Assembly: GCA_044359535.1 (NCBI GenBank)
Contig: JBIKLZ010000001.1
Location: 1 to 64,000, forward strand
Source of the DNA: Chlamydiia bacterium
Lineage (GTDB): Bacteria > Chlamydiota > Chlamydiia > Chlamydiales > 2-12-FULL-49-11
Direction of reading: 5' to 3'
DNA length: 64,000 bases
Shown here: in pieces, positions 28,203-38,241 of the stretch
How the letters are laid out: each line of letters starts with the position of its first letter
How positions within the stretch are numbered: position 1 is the first letter of the stretch
Notes under the pieces: generated by a model
What the model saw: only the letters and a program-made list of their open reading frames with translations
What the model was told of the DNA's origin: nothing
Database searches by the model: none
Made by a program: the position numbers and the translations under genes

Positions 28203-29432
28203 TTATGTATAGAGGGTGGTTACCTTTACACCCACTGTATCTCCAAGTGAAATGATTTCTCCCATTCCAATTGATTTTCCCGAAACAACCAAATGTACCT
28301 GCCTAGGATTTATAGAAATAGGGAGTTTTGCCCCTGGGGAGAGTTTTTTAAGCTCTTCTAAGGAAAGGGTGAATCGGGCAACTTCCATATGGATAGTAAT
28401 GGAAACCTTGGAAAGATTTGTTTTTTCCGGAGAAAGTAATGAGCTTTTTTCTCCTACTTCTTCTTCCTCTTCGTCCTCTTCTTCTTCAAAGGGCTCTTCT
28501 TCACTGAGCTCTTCTTCACTTAGCTCTTCACTTAAAAAATCATCGGTAGAGTCATCGCTAAAATCCTCTTTAAGCTCAAAGTCATCATCATCATCCATTT
28601 TTTCCTCATTATAAAAATATAAATAGTCAAGAAGCTTAATCCCATCTTTTTGCTTTTTTACTTGAAAGAGGGGAAGGTTGCCAATAACCATTTGAAACGA
28701 ACCTTTTTCTTTTGTACAGTTATAGAAACAATTGTGTAGAATAAGAAAATCCCCTTCAATAATTTCTTCAAACTCTGTTGATGAAAAGGTTACAGATCCT
28801 GTTCTTATCGATAAAGGGATTGCCACATCGGGGATGTTTTCTAAAGAATCTAAAGTTGGAGGGATAAAAGTAAAATGGGAATGAATGGATCTATAAAAAG
28901 GAAAGGGAATTAAAAGTCTTGCCCAAAAAGGGGTTCCTTTTATAGTGATCCCAAGGTCGATGGAATAACTTTCTAAAGCCTCATTTTTCTTTTCAATCAT
29001 TTTTAAAGAGAGGTTTTGATAGACCTTTAGACCCATAATTGTGTGGAGGGCTTCGGCAATAAAAAAAGTATATAACCCTTTGACAACCGATTCATTTTCT
29101 AAAGTAAGGGGTGAAGGTTCTTCCCCTTCCATCTTTTGGATCAATCCTTTGATATCTTCTATAGCCATAGCAAAATAGAACTCTCCATCAAGGGGGGTCA
29201 TTTCAAGTGAGATCACACAAGGCTTAGATCCAAGGGCTGAATAATAACTATCAGCTGTAAGGGTATCGATTTTTCCTATTTCTATTGAAAGGTCAGACAA
29301 TTCTAGGGATTGTTTAAGTTGCTCTGTAAATGACTGAAGAGGGAATGTAGGGATCGAGCCAAGATCGGAAAGAGACAGACTTTCAAAAATAGAAGGGGCT
29401 ATTTTTTTTATCCATAGAGCATCAGCTGTCAT
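28203..29432 (-). CDS. cdsQ: T3SS C-ring/sorting platform protein CdsQ/SctQ
   Basis: C-terminal SpoA domain (VSITIHMEVARF...GEIISLGDTVGVKV); synteny; likely start MTADALW at 29432 with AAGGA RBS. Confidence 0.92.
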   Translation of the reverse strand: MTADALWIKKIAPSIFESLSLSDLGSIPTFPLQSFTEQLKQSLELSDLSIEIGKIDTLTADSYYSALGSKPCVISLEMTPLDGEFYFAMAIEDIKGLIQKMEGEEPSPLTLENESVVKGLYTFFIAEALHTIMGLKVYQNLSLKMIEKKNEALESYSIDLGITIKGTPFWARLLIPFPFYRSIHSHFTFIPPTLDSLENIPDVAIPLSIRTGSVTFSSTEFEEIIEGDFLILHNCFYNCTKEKGSFQMVIGNLPLFQVKKQKDGIKLLDYLYFYNEEKMDDDDDFELKEDFSDDSTDDFLSEELSEEELSEEEPFEEEEDEEEEEVGEKSSLLSPEKTNLSKVSITIHMEVARFTLSLEELKKLSPGAKLPISINPRQVHLVVSGKSIGMGEIISLGDTVGVKVTTLYT

Positions 29433-30006
29433 AACCGTATCCTTCTTTTGACGCACTATACCTACTTGTATTGGAATTTTCAACCGATTTCTTTTTTGTT
29501 TGAACAAAGCGGTGGGCTTTTTTTAACCCGAAAGATTCGATATGGATCTTTATATGGGGAAGCTTTGTTTGGATTTGTTGAGATAACAGTGTTTGGTGCT
29601 GCATCAAAAGCTCCGCAATTTTTTTATTTCCAAGGATAAGGATATGAAAACTGTCCGGCGCTGTATCATAAAGGGTGAGGGTTATTTCTAGTTCATCGAA
29701 ATATTTTGTTTGAATAACAAAATGGGTTGTCACCCTTCCTTCTGCTTTTTGTAAGGAGATCTTTTCGGCAATAGGAAGGCTTATTTCTTGAAGGTGAGCC
29801 ACTTTTTCTACAAGGAGAGGGGGGGCAATGATTGCTAAAGGGGGGAGGTGAAAAACTGAAGGAGGACTATTTTCTTCCTTTTTTTTCTTCTTTTCATCAG
29901 GATCTATTTCTAAAATTGCGGAAAAGGGTTTACTTCTAAATGAAGAGGTTCTTTCAGATTCTAAGCAAGGTTCTTCTGAGGCTTTTTTTAATGGAGATGA
30001 AAACAT
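29422..30006 (-). CDS. Short SctP/CdsP-like paralogue (T3S4/FliK-C-like domain)
   Basis: TLYDTAPDSFHILILG aligns with EQYDTAPHSFNVQFFG of the upstream CdsP. Confidence 0.75.
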   Translation of the reverse strand: MFSSPLKKASEEPCLESERTSSFRSKPFSAILEIDPDEKKKKKEENSPPSVFHLPPLAIIAPPLLVEKVAHLQEISLPIAEKISLQKAEGRVTTHFVIQTKYFDELEITLTLYDTAPDSFHILILGNKKIAELLMQHQTLLSQQIQTKLPHIKIHIESFGLKKAHRFVQTKKKSVENSNTSRYSASKEGYGYDS

Positions 30007-30032
30007 AAGGGATAGAAGTCTACCCCTTTTTT

Positions 30033-31496
30033 TTATTCTGCGCTATCTTTTTCTTCTCTATCTTGTTGTTTATCGACTCTACTTACAAAGCTTTTTGATA
30101 GTTTTGGGGGGAGCAAATTGATAGAAAAATTTAATTTACTCTCTTTAATGGTGGCATTTAATCCCTGCATATTTTTTGCAAAACGGGCAATAGCTTCTGG
30201 ACTTCCAAAAAACTGCACGTTAAAAGAGTGAGGGGCTGTATCGTATTGCTCTAAAACCAATTCGGCCTTGTTAAAGACAGATTTTGGCATATTAAGGGTA
30301 ATTGTTGTCACTGTTTTGCCACTATCTTTTTGTATGGTAAGCATCCCTGCCATTTTTTCAAAGAGATCAAAAACATCTTTTGGAAGAGAGGAAAAGGGGG
30401 ACATTTCAGAAGCTGGGATGCTTGGAAGGGTCATTGTGGGTACAGATATGGGGGTAATGATCGATTCGTCTTTATTTGATGAATGGCTGTCAGAATCCTT
30501 TTGAGAATCATGTTTTGAGTCAGTGGATTCAATAGGATTTTTCTCAGTTTTAGAGTCTAATTTTTCATGGGATACGGTTTTTTCAACACTAGATTTTTTT
30601 TCTTCAGAGGGTTTTGTTGAAGGAAGGGCTTTTGTCACCTCTTGTTCTTGTGTAGATTTTAAGAGAGTTTGAGGCTTTTGTTTCTCCTCTTTTTTTGAAA
30701 AAACCTCCCCTTGGAGGGGTTTAGAAGGGGCTTGTTTCCCTTTTTCTAGAGAAGGGGCCTTTTTTACCCCTCCTTTGTTTGGATTGTCTTTTGAATCTGA
30801 ATCCTTTTCACTATGTGAGCTATCTAACAAAGTTGGGCTGTTTGTCGATGGCGATGGAAGGGGTGGGGCATCAAAGGAGGGTTTAGACTCTTTATTGTCT
30901 GATGATGGGGGATTTGAAGAAGGGGCGTTGATGGTTTCATCCTCTTGATCGGTTGAAATTTCTTCTTCAGAAATAGAATCATCAAAAAAGGCAATAGAGC
31001 TTTGAGCGGTTTGTTGAGCATATGCAGCGGAGGAAAATGAACCCTCTTCATAGGTAGGGGAGGGTTCATCAATGGATCCATCTTCATCAGTATCCTCATT
31101 GGAAGGATCGTCACTACCTGTTATAGAAATGTTGCTTGTTTGACCATTACTTGAAGCAGATATCGAAGCACTTGTTCCATTGCTTAAAAGGTTGGATTCA
31201 GAGGATAGAACTGTTTTTGAACCCCCCGTGGGGTCAAAAATCGAGGAAGATTGCCCCTTTTCTTTCATGAACTCTTTAAAAACTCCTGGAGGGACAGCTA
31301 TAGAGTGATTTTCCTTTTCATTGTCATCTTCAACTTCTTCTTGTTGTTTAGGACGGTTACGCTGCTCTCTTTTATCTGTTTCATCAGATTTTTCAACCTT
31401 TAACGCTTTTTGAAATCTTTCAGGGTCAACAGCATCTTTATCCCCATTTGTTTTTTTTGGTGATGGAAGGCCTTCAATCCCTTGAGTTTGGTTCAT
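30033..31496 (-). CDS. cdsP: T3SS needle-length ruler / substrate switch CdsP/SctP (CT671-like)
   Basis: Lies between cdsO and cdsQ; long disordered Ser/Asp/Lys/Pro region and a C-terminal folded domain. Confidence 0.82.
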   Translation of the reverse strand: MNQTQGIEGLPSPKKTNGDKDAVDPERFQKALKVEKSDETDKREQRNRPKQQEEVEDDNEKENHSIAVPPGVFKEFMKEKGQSSSIFDPTGGSKTVLSSESNLLSNGTSASISASSNGQTSNISITGSDDPSNEDTDEDGSIDEPSPTYEEGSFSSAAYAQQTAQSSIAFFDDSISEEEISTDQEDETINAPSSNPPSSDNKESKPSFDAPPLPSPSTNSPTLLDSSHSEKDSDSKDNPNKGGVKKAPSLEKGKQAPSKPLQGEVFSKKEEKQKPQTLLKSTQEQEVTKALPSTKPSEEKKSSVEKTVSHEKLDSKTEKNPIESTDSKHDSQKDSDSHSSNKDESIITPISVPTMTLPSIPASEMSPFSSLPKDVFDLFEKMAGMLTIQKDSGKTVTTITLNMPKSVFNKAELVLEQYDTAPHSFNVQFFGSPEAIARFAKNMQGLNATIKESKLNFSINLLPPKLSKSFVSRVDKQQDREEKDSAE

Positions 31497-31993
31497 TGCT
31501 TTTTCCTTGATTGTTTACCATGAATAATTGTTCCAATCTCATCTTCAACAATGGCTTCAAAAATTTCTAGTTCCTTTTTAGCTTCTTTACTCCACTCCTT
31601 TTCATGGGTATGAATTTTTTCTAGATCCTTATGTTTTTCAAGGCGTTCTGCACGTGCTTTATCTAAAGCCACTTGAGCTTCTTGAACAACTTTTTTTTGC
31701 GCCTCAACCTTCTTTTTTTCCTCCGCAATTTTGACATTGATCACCTCTTGAATATAGTGATTATGTCTTTCCATCACATCAGCTGTGGTTCCATTTTCGA
31801 TCTTTTTATAATGCTTTTCAATCATCTCTAATTTTACCTTTTCAGAGGCATTTAAGAGTTTTTTTTTCTCTGTTAAATTCTTTTCAGCCTCAACAAGAGC
31901 CTCTTGCTTCTGACGAAGAATTTTTTCAGCTTCTTCTAAACGACGTTTTTTTATTTCTATAATTTCTTTTAAGGGGTATTCTTTCTTTTTCAT
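31493..31993 (-). CDS. cdsO: T3SS stalk protein CdsO/SctO (CT670-like)
   Basis: [19 protein letters not shown] coiled coil; directly downstream of cdsN with an ATGA overlap. Confidence 0.9.
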   Translation of the reverse strand: MKKKEYPLKEIIEIKKRRLEEAEKILRQKQEALVEAEKNLTEKKKLLNASEKVKLEMIEKHYKKIENGTTADVMERHNHYIQEVINVKIAEEKKKVEAQKKVVQEAQVALDKARAERLEKHKDLEKIHTHEKEWSKEAKKELEIFEAIVEDEIGTIIHGKQSRKKQ

Positions 31994-33357
31994 TTAAATA
32001 GCCCCATCAATTGATTTAACGTTTCATCCATCGATGAGTCTTCTTTTGTCCCCTGTTTTAGAAACCGATTGACTTTATCGATATATTTAATCGCGTAATC
32101 GGCATTTTTATCAGACCCAGGTTTGTACTCTCCAATACGGATTAAAAGTTCAATTTTTTTGTACGTTGCAAGAACTTCACGAATTTTTCCTACAACTACA
32201 AGTTGCTCTTTTGAAATAATATGTCCTATGATACGACTTGCCGAAGAAAGGATATCAATAGCCGGATAGTGGTATTGACGGGCAAGCTCGGCAGATAAAA
32301 TGATATGACCATCTAAAATCGAGCGTACCTCATCTGCCACAGGTTCATTCATATCATCGCCAGCAACTAAAATGGTGTAAAAGGCAGTGATCGATCCTTT
32401 ATTTGAGTTTCCAGATCTTTCTAAAAGTTTTGGAAGGGTGGCAAATACTGAAGGGGTAAATCCCGCTCTTGCAGGAGGCTCGCCAGCAGCAAGACCCACT
32501 TCTCGCAAAGCTCGAGCAAAACGGGTGACAGAGTCCATCATTAAAATGACTTTTTTCCCTTGATCCCTAAAATATTCAGCAATGGCAGTCCCAACATAGG
32601 CCGCATTTAAACGCAATTGAGGGGATTGATCTGAGGTTGAAACAATAAGTACTGAACGTTTAAGCCCTTCTTCACCAAGATCATTTTCAATAAACTCTCT
32701 AACCTCTCTTCCCCTTTCCCCAATTAAGGTAATGACATTGACATCGGCTTTTGCATAACGGGCAAGCATCCCTAAAAGGGTGGATTTACCCCCTCCTGCA
32801 GCAGCAAATATCCCCACCCTTTGCCCTTCACCACAGGTTAAGACAGCGTCAATAGCACGAATCCCTGTGGATATAGGTGTAGAAATAACTTTTCTTTGAA
32901 GGGGGTCTGGAGGGGAGTTGATCACTGAGTAGGTTTCAGTAAGGTCTAATGGCCCTTTTTTTTCAATATCTAAAGGTTCACCTAAACCGTTTAAAACCCT
33001 CCCAAGAAGCTGATTTCCCACTTTTATAGTAAGTTTTGCATGTAAAGGGATCACTTCAGAGGAGGTAGAAATTCCATGCATCTCTCCAAGGGGAGATAAA
33101 AACACTTCATCTTTAGTAAACCCCACCACTTCAGCTAAAAGGGGGGAACCCTCTCTTTTAATCAAGCAAATTTCTCCCATTTTTACATTAGGGACAATGG
33201 CTCGAATTAACATCCCAACCACTTCTGTAATTCTTCCATGAACAATTGAAAGCTCAATATCCTCTAAGCGGTGCTCAACCTCATCAAAGGAGACAGTAAA
33301 CGAGAGGTCATTGTTGTCATCAAACTCTTTATACTTTTTTTTGTGAAGGAAAAACAT
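31990..33357 (-). CDS. cdsN: T3SS ATPase CdsN/SctN
   Basis: [45 protein letters not shown]. Confidence 0.98.
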   Translation of the reverse strand: MFFLHKKKYKEFDDNNDLSFTVSFDEVEHRLEDIELSIVHGRITEVVGMLIRAIVPNVKMGEICLIKREGSPLLAEVVGFTKDEVFLSPLGEMHGISTSSEVIPLHAKLTIKVGNQLLGRVLNGLGEPLDIEKKGPLDLTETYSVINSPPDPLQRKVISTPISTGIRAIDAVLTCGEGQRVGIFAAAGGGKSTLLGMLARYAKADVNVITLIGERGREVREFIENDLGEEGLKRSVLIVSTSDQSPQLRLNAAYVGTAIAEYFRDQGKKVILMMDSVTRFARALREVGLAAGEPPARAGFTPSVFATLPKLLERSGNSNKGSITAFYTILVAGDDMNEPVADEVRSILDGHIILSAELARQYHYPAIDILSSASRIIGHIISKEQLVVVGKIREVLATYKKIELLIRIGEYKPGSDKNADYAIKYIDKVNRFLKQGTKEDSSMDETLNQLMGLFK

Positions 33358-33366
33358 AGCCCCTCA

Positions 33367-34008
33367 TTATATTTGTATGTTAAAGAGCGTTTTGATCATT
33401 GACGTTGCGTTTCCTAAAATTGTGGAGGTGTAGTTAAGCTCAACTTGAGCTTGGTTAAGCTTTACTTGAACAAGGAGGAGGTCGCCAGCACTTAAATCTC
33501 CCTTAGTGTTTAAATTTTTGATCGATTCAGCAGCTTGAACCATTTGCTGTTGACCATCTGAGACCATACTCAAAAAACGGGCAAGGGGGTTTTTAGATTG
33601 TGCTAAGGCATCATCATAAGAGTCGCTATCTTGTTCAACTCCCAATTTTGCTGCAGCCCCAGAAATAGACTCATGGGCCGAGGTGAGCTTTTTTCTTACT
33701 AAATACTGCTCAGAGGTTTTAAGTTTTAACCCATTGGTGTTAAGTTGGGTTTTGATATCGCCAAGGGACTGGCTGACATTATTCATTTGAGATTGAACAG
33801 TAGCCATAGTTGGGGGGGTGTTGGGATTGACCTTTTGACCTTGAGCAATATCCATAGGGGATGGAGCAGAACTTTTTGAGGGTGAGTTTTCTGTACCGCT
33901 CATATGCTTTTTAAAGGCATCATTATCAGGGGTGCTAGATTGAGAGGTGAGATCTTGCTTGTTGATAGGATCAATTTTATCTGGGTCGGTGATCGGATTT
34001 TGTGACAT
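33367..34008 (-). CDS. T3SS-associated protein, CT668-like (possible inner-rod-like C-terminus)
   Basis: Positional orthologue between cdsG and cdsN; C-terminal AGDLLLVQVKL...IKTLFNIQI. Confidence 0.78.
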   Translation of the reverse strand: MSQNPITDPDKIDPINKQDLTSQSSTPDNDAFKKHMSGTENSPSKSSAPSPMDIAQGQKVNPNTPPTMATVQSQMNNVSQSLGDIKTQLNTNGLKLKTSEQYLVRKKLTSAHESISGAAAKLGVEQDSDSYDDALAQSKNPLARFLSMVSDGQQQMVQAAESIKNLNTKGDLSAGDLLLVQVKLNQAQVELNYTSTILGNATSMIKTLFNIQI

Positions 34009-34021
34009 ATTTCCTTAGGTG

Positions 34022-34474
34022 TTACTTTTTCTTTTTTGGTTTTGCTAAATCCATTGGTGAGGTTGAGCTTTTTTTGATATGGGTATCAATAAAGTCTTTA
34101 GACATATGAGCCAGTTTTTTCATATCGTCATCTTTAGTGACCTTTTCAAGAGACTCAAGGATTTTTTCCCCTTCAGAAACTTTGTTAGGCATGAACCCTT
34201 TTGTGATTCCCAAAAAGGATAAGGCAAGTTCATTGTTAGGCTCTACTTTTAAGACAGAAGAAAACATTTCCTCTGCTTGTTTAAGCTCAAGCTTACACAT
34301 GTGCATATATCCATAGCCAATTTTTGGAAAGATATTGTCAGGGCGAAGAATTTGTGCAGCCATAAATAATTTTAGAGCAGAGTCCTCATCAAGACGATTT
34401 ACAGCTACAAATCCAGCTTCTAAAAACAAGAAATAATCGTTATCGTACTCTGTATGTTTTTTTTGTTTATCCAT
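34022..34474 (-). CDS. cdsG: T3SS needle chaperone CdsG (TPR)
   Basis: LEAGFVAVN..DEDSALKLF TPR pattern; follows cdsF. Confidence 0.88.
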   Translation of the reverse strand: MDKQKKHTEYDNDYFLFLEAGFVAVNRLDEDSALKLFMAAQILRPDNIFPKIGYGYMHMCKLELKQAEEMFSSVLKVEPNNELALSFLGITKGFMPNKVSEGEKILESLEKVTKDDDMKKLAHMSKDFIDTHIKKSSTSPMDLAKPKKKK

Positions 34475-34484
34475 TTTTTACACC

Positions 34485-34730
34485 TTATTGAGTTCTTTGG
34501 TTACTGATTGTCTTATTTATAACAGTTTGTATTTGAGCAAGTAAGTTAGAAATCGAGGATCCAATCTGGGTCACTTGACTCATTGCATATTGTAGGAGCA
34601 AAAATCTTCCAGGAGTTGCAGTAGAAATTCTTGATGCAACTTTTCGAACCATACTCATTACCTGACTTTGCAAATGCACATATTTATTAATTAATGTGCT
34701 AAATGTTACTGATCCCCATTGACTTGTCAT
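34485..34730 (-). CDS. cdsF: T3SS needle subunit CdsF/SctF
   Basis: 81 aa helical hairpin between cdsE and cdsG; FLLLQYAMSQVTQIGSSISNLL pattern. Confidence 0.82.
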   Translation of the reverse strand: MTSQWGSVTFSTLINKYVHLQSQVMSMVRKVASRISTATPGRFLLLQYAMSQVTQIGSSISNLLAQIQTVINKTISNQRTQ

Positions 34731-34743
34731 CTTTTATCCTCAC

Positions 34744-34992
34744 TTATTTTTTTTCAGGTAATTTGTTTATTATTTTTAATAAGGCGCTATAGGCATGAAG
34801 GAGGGTCCCTAAATGCTCATACTCGTCGGAACTTGCCCCTTCTTTAATTCGCTTTTTTATAGCAAGAATTTGCTTTTCAGTATGTTCCATCATTTTTTTA
34901 CATTTTTTCTCATCCTCTAAATCGGTTTCTAGAGGAAACTTAAAAAGGGGTTTTTGCCCTTTACCCTTTTTATCACTATTTAAACCAAACAT
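34744..34992 (-). CDS. cdsE: T3SS needle chaperone CdsE
   Basis: 82 aa, MFGL...FPLETDL...GASSDEYEHLGTLLHAYSAL; synteny with CT665. Confidence 0.85.
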   Translation of the reverse strand: MFGLNSDKKGKGQKPLFKFPLETDLEDEKKCKKMMEHTEKQILAIKKRIKEGASSDEYEHLGTLLHAYSALLKIINKLPEKK

Positions 34993-35038
34993 CGGTTTTT
35001 CTCCATTTTTTCTTTCTTTAACTAACGGTTACCAATTT

Positions 35039-36748
35039 TTATTCATTGAAGTCAATTTTATATTTTATCCCCCCCTGTTGAAGGAGGATTTGATTATTAG
35101 AAATAGAACTTATAATCATCCCATCTAACGTATCGTTAACACCTAAGATTTTTCCATTGATAAGGACAAATTGATTTGCATTGCCAAATTTTGAAGAACC
35201 TGTGACCTGATATTTACTTGTGATATCAATTGCAGAAGAACTTTTTGTCGTAAAAAGGACAAAATTTTGAACAACCCTGATCCCTTGAACATGCAAGATC
35301 TCTTCAACAAGTTGAGTGAATGTCTCTTTATCGGCCTCATCGGCTCTTCCAGATAGGATAAGTTGACCGTTTGTTTGCTGTATTACAACATTTGCAAACC
35401 CTTTATCTAACAACATCGATTCAATATGAGCATTTAAAGAGTCTTGAGCAACCACTTGATTCTGAAGAAGATTGAGGTAATCAAAATAGTTATTGATAAA
35501 ATCTGTTAAAGAGGCCCTTTCTTCTTCAGTTTGAATATAGCCGGTTAAAAGAAACTCTCCAGGATCTCTTGCAGTCATTAAAACCGATTGCCATTGAGGG
35601 TTTTTTGAAAGTAAGGCGTTGATATTGCTACATACAATTGAGTCAATGATGACGTTATCATCAATTGTACCAATATAGGGGATGTTTTTTAAACGGTAGG
35701 AAAGTTCACTGTAGCTGATTTCATTAAGAACATGGCCAGTTAGAAATAGGGTGGAGGTTGTTTTATTGTAGTTAAACTCTACTGCTTGAAAATGGGAAAC
35801 AGCACTTTGTATCTGCATAGATTCATCCACAGAGGGAGGTTCTACAGAAGAGCTCCTAAATAAGGCAAGCATACTGATAATCCCTATGCATATAAAGGCA
35901 GAAAATACCGAGGCAAGGGCTAAATGTTTTGTAGGGATAAAGGTATCTTTCCAATGAGGGGGCTTTTCTTCTTTTTTTTCTTCAGAAAAAATAGAGTCTT
36001 CAGAAGGAAAAGGGGTTGAAATCCCTGGAGAGTAGATTGTCTCCCTTGTTTGATCCATATCAAGGAAAAGAATCGAGGTGTTTCCAAGATGAATTTGATC
36101 AAAAGGGTGTAAAACTCTGTCTGAGGCAATTTTTTTTCCTTGAACAAAGACCCCATTTCGACTTTGTAAATCAATAAGAGCCACCTCTCCAGAAGAAGAT
36201 AGGGTAATTCTTGCATGGGCTTTTGAGACACTTAAATCATGAAGTAGAATATCGGAGTGCTCACTATCTGAACCTATGACGTAGCTTTCTCCCTCAACTA
36301 AGGGGAATGTTGCCCCGGTTGCCGATCCATTCATCACTTTAAGGACCCATTTTGAGGGGGTGTGGCTTTTTGTGAAGTGGCCTAATGTTAAAGGGGCTGA
36401 AGGCTCTTGTTTAGAAAAGGCAAGCTCTTCTTGCTGTTGCTTTTCTGGAAGAGAAAGGGAAAATCTAAAAGTGTTGTTCCCTATTTGAATTAAGTCATCC
36501 TCAGTAAGGGGGGTTTTTTCCTCTATTGGGGACTCATTTAAAAGAGCTGGGTTTGTAGAGCTTTCATTTTGTATAAAATAGGTGTCGTTTTCAAAAAATA
36601 TCGAAAGGTGCTTTCGAGAGACCATAGGGTCTTGTAAAACAAAGGTACAGACATCTTTATCTCGACCAATTGTCCAATGGTTTCCTTCATCAAATGTAAA
36701 CACCCACTCACCAAGTGGACCATCTTCACATATTAGAAAGCCTTTCAT
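35039..36748 (-). CDS. cdsD: T3SS inner-membrane ring protein CdsD/SctD with two FHA domains
   Basis: FHA1 (IGRD...SRKH...STNP), FHA2 (IGSD...SKAH...SRNG), one TM segment, periplasmic BON-like domains. Confidence 0.93.
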   Translation of the reverse strand: MKGFLICEDGPLGEWVFTFDEGNHWTIGRDKDVCTFVLQDPMVSRKHLSIFFENDTYFIQNESSTNPALLNESPIEEKTPLTEDDLIQIGNNTFRFSLSLPEKQQQEELAFSKQEPSAPLTLGHFTKSHTPSKWVLKVMNGSATGATFPLVEGESYVIGSDSEHSDILLHDLSVSKAHARITLSSSGEVALIDLQSRNGVFVQGKKIASDRVLHPFDQIHLGNTSILFLDMDQTRETIYSPGISTPFPSEDSIFSEEKKEEKPPHWKDTFIPTKHLALASVFSAFICIGIISMLALFRSSSVEPPSVDESMQIQSAVSHFQAVEFNYNKTTSTLFLTGHVLNEISYSELSYRLKNIPYIGTIDDNVIIDSIVCSNINALLSKNPQWQSVLMTARDPGEFLLTGYIQTEEERASLTDFINNYFDYLNLLQNQVVAQDSLNAHIESMLLDKGFANVVIQQTNGQLILSGRADEADKETFTQLVEEILHVQGIRVVQNFVLFTTKSSSAIDITSKYQVTGSSKFGNANQFVLINGKILGVNDTLDGMIISSISNNQILLQQGGIKYKIDFNE

Positions 36749-36865
36749 GTTCCCCCATAGACATTTGATCTTTATGTCTTTTTATTTAATCCTTTATAAA
36801 ACGATTTCCTATCTGCTTTTATAATAACAAGAATGATACGGTCAACAATTTTAAAACTTTACGCT

Positions 36866-37276
36866 TTATTTGTCTAGCCGAATTTTATTGTTAACTTCCT
36901 TTTTCCAATAGGAAAGATAATTAACAAATTCTTCTACCCAATCGAAAAACATTTTATAATTTACTTCATAAGCGATGAGGGTAGACAGTGTCAAGAACTT
37001 CTCATCAGGATCGATACTTATTACAGAATTACCTGTTCCTTGACCCAAATAGTTAGCCTGTGAAAGATAGATGTAGAAATCCTCGACATTTTTTATCTCC
37101 TTTTCATTAAAAGGAGAGATGTTTGAAGAGATAAAAATAAAAGAGTGTTCCTCCTCAAAAGACAGTTCGCTCCCATCATTTATTGTGAGGAAATATTTTT
37201 TTTTAGTTCCATGTTCTTCTGTAACTAAAGGGATGTTGAGTTGCTTTTCTAACTGTTTAATAAAGGATTCAAGCAT
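36866..37276 (-). CDS. scc4: Class I T3SS chaperone Scc4 (CT663, CesT family)
   Basis: 136 aa, acidic; ANYLGQGTG and EEFVNYLSYW; upstream of cdsD. Confidence 0.88.
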   Translation of the reverse strand: MLESFIKQLEKQLNIPLVTEEHGTKKKYFLTINDGSELSFEEEHSFIFISSNISPFNEKEIKNVEDFYIYLSQANYLGQGTGNSVISIDPDEKFLTLSTLIAYEVNYKMFFDWVEEFVNYLSYWKKEVNNKIRLDK

Positions 37277-37296
37277 AAAACTATTTTATAAGGGGG

Positions 37297-37731
37297 TTAT
37301 GATTTTAGCCAAGGAGATTGTCCCCTTTTAGAACGTTTTCTTTTTATCCGCCCTTTTGTTGTCTTAAGGGGATCTTCAGTTTTTTTAGAAGAAAGCTTTT
37401 CTTTATCCCTTTTAGCCGAAGATTTAGCAGTTTGGAGCATCTCCCATTGCTCCTTTGTGAAGTTGCTTTCATCTAAGGATAAAGCATTGATCTCTTCAGG
37501 GGTTAACGAAAGTTGTTCTTGAGAAAGTTTTTTTTCGTAGGAAATTTTTTCTTTTAAAAGGGCCATTTTTTCATTAATAGACTTTTTTTCTGTCTCATCG
37601 CCTTTATTTTGGATGTACTTGTATTTTTCTATAAACGACATGGTTAAGTGAAAAATTTCATCAATGCGCTGTTCTTTGTCCTCTGACTCTAAAGAAAATA
37701 GATCAATGAGTGTACTAAAATCATCCTTCAT
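37297..37731 (-). CDS. Hypothetical helical protein with a basic C-terminal tail
   Basis: 144 aa ORF co-oriented with scc4; tail KRKRSKRGQSPWLKS. Confidence 0.75.
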   Translation of the reverse strand: MKDDFSTLIDLFSLESEDKEQRIDEIFHLTMSFIEKYKYIQNKGDETEKKSINEKMALLKEKISYEKKLSQEQLSLTPEEINALSLDESNFTKEQWEMLQTAKSSAKRDKEKLSSKKTEDPLKTTKGRIKRKRSKRGQSPWLKS

Positions 37732-37827
37732 GACTTTGAATATAGTTATTTATTTTTAGAAGGGAAGTTTTTTTATTGAATCTTAAGATAAGAATTGTTC
37801 AATTACAAGAAAAGAGAGGAAGAGGGT

Positions 37828-38241
37828 ATGAATCAACTTGAAGAAATAGAGGATGAAATCTTTGAGACAATGGATCTTATGATACAAGCTTACAAAATGT
37901 TTAATGAGGTTTTAAAGCAGGATCATTTTGCTCATAAGGCTATAGCTGCCTCATTAATGGATCAAATAAGTAGACAATTTAAAATAGATGTTAGGGAAAA
38001 AGAGGAAAAGATTGCCTCTATTAGAGATCACTTTGGAAGCGATGCTTTGATAAGTGACGAAGAAGCAAAACTAAAAGAAGAAAAATTTAAATCTTTTACC
38101 TTTAAAGTTGAAGAGTATGAAAAGATGATGGAAATGACTGCAAAAAACCTAAAAAAGCACTTTCCATTAAATAATAGAGCTCAAGAATTTAAAAAGAAAA
38201 GAAATAGACTAAGAAAAATGAGATCTAAAGGGAGAAAATAA
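37828..38241 (+). CDS. Hypothetical helical protein with a basic C-terminal tail
   Basis: ATG at 37828 with GAGGG RBS; charged helical sequence; tail KKKRNRLRKMRSKGRK. Confidence 0.72.
   Translation: MNQLEEIEDEIFETMDLMIQAYKMFNEVLKQDHFAHKAIAASLMDQISRQFKIDVREKEEKIASIRDHFGSDALISDEEAKLKEEKFKSFTFKVEEYEKMMEMTAKNLKKHFPLNNRAQEFKKKRNRLRKMRSKGRK

Noticed and set aside
22535-30504. Plus-strand ORFs within the T3SS genes (22535, 23769, 24416, 28216, 29448, 30268)
   Set aside because: They are antisense shadows of well-supported genes and have no motifs of their own.
31990-33357. ATPase and SpoA-domain genes as a flagellar system
   Set aside because: A secretin, FHA-containing CdsD and CdsE/F/G in chlamydial order identify the injectisome; no rod, hook or flagellin genes are recognisable.
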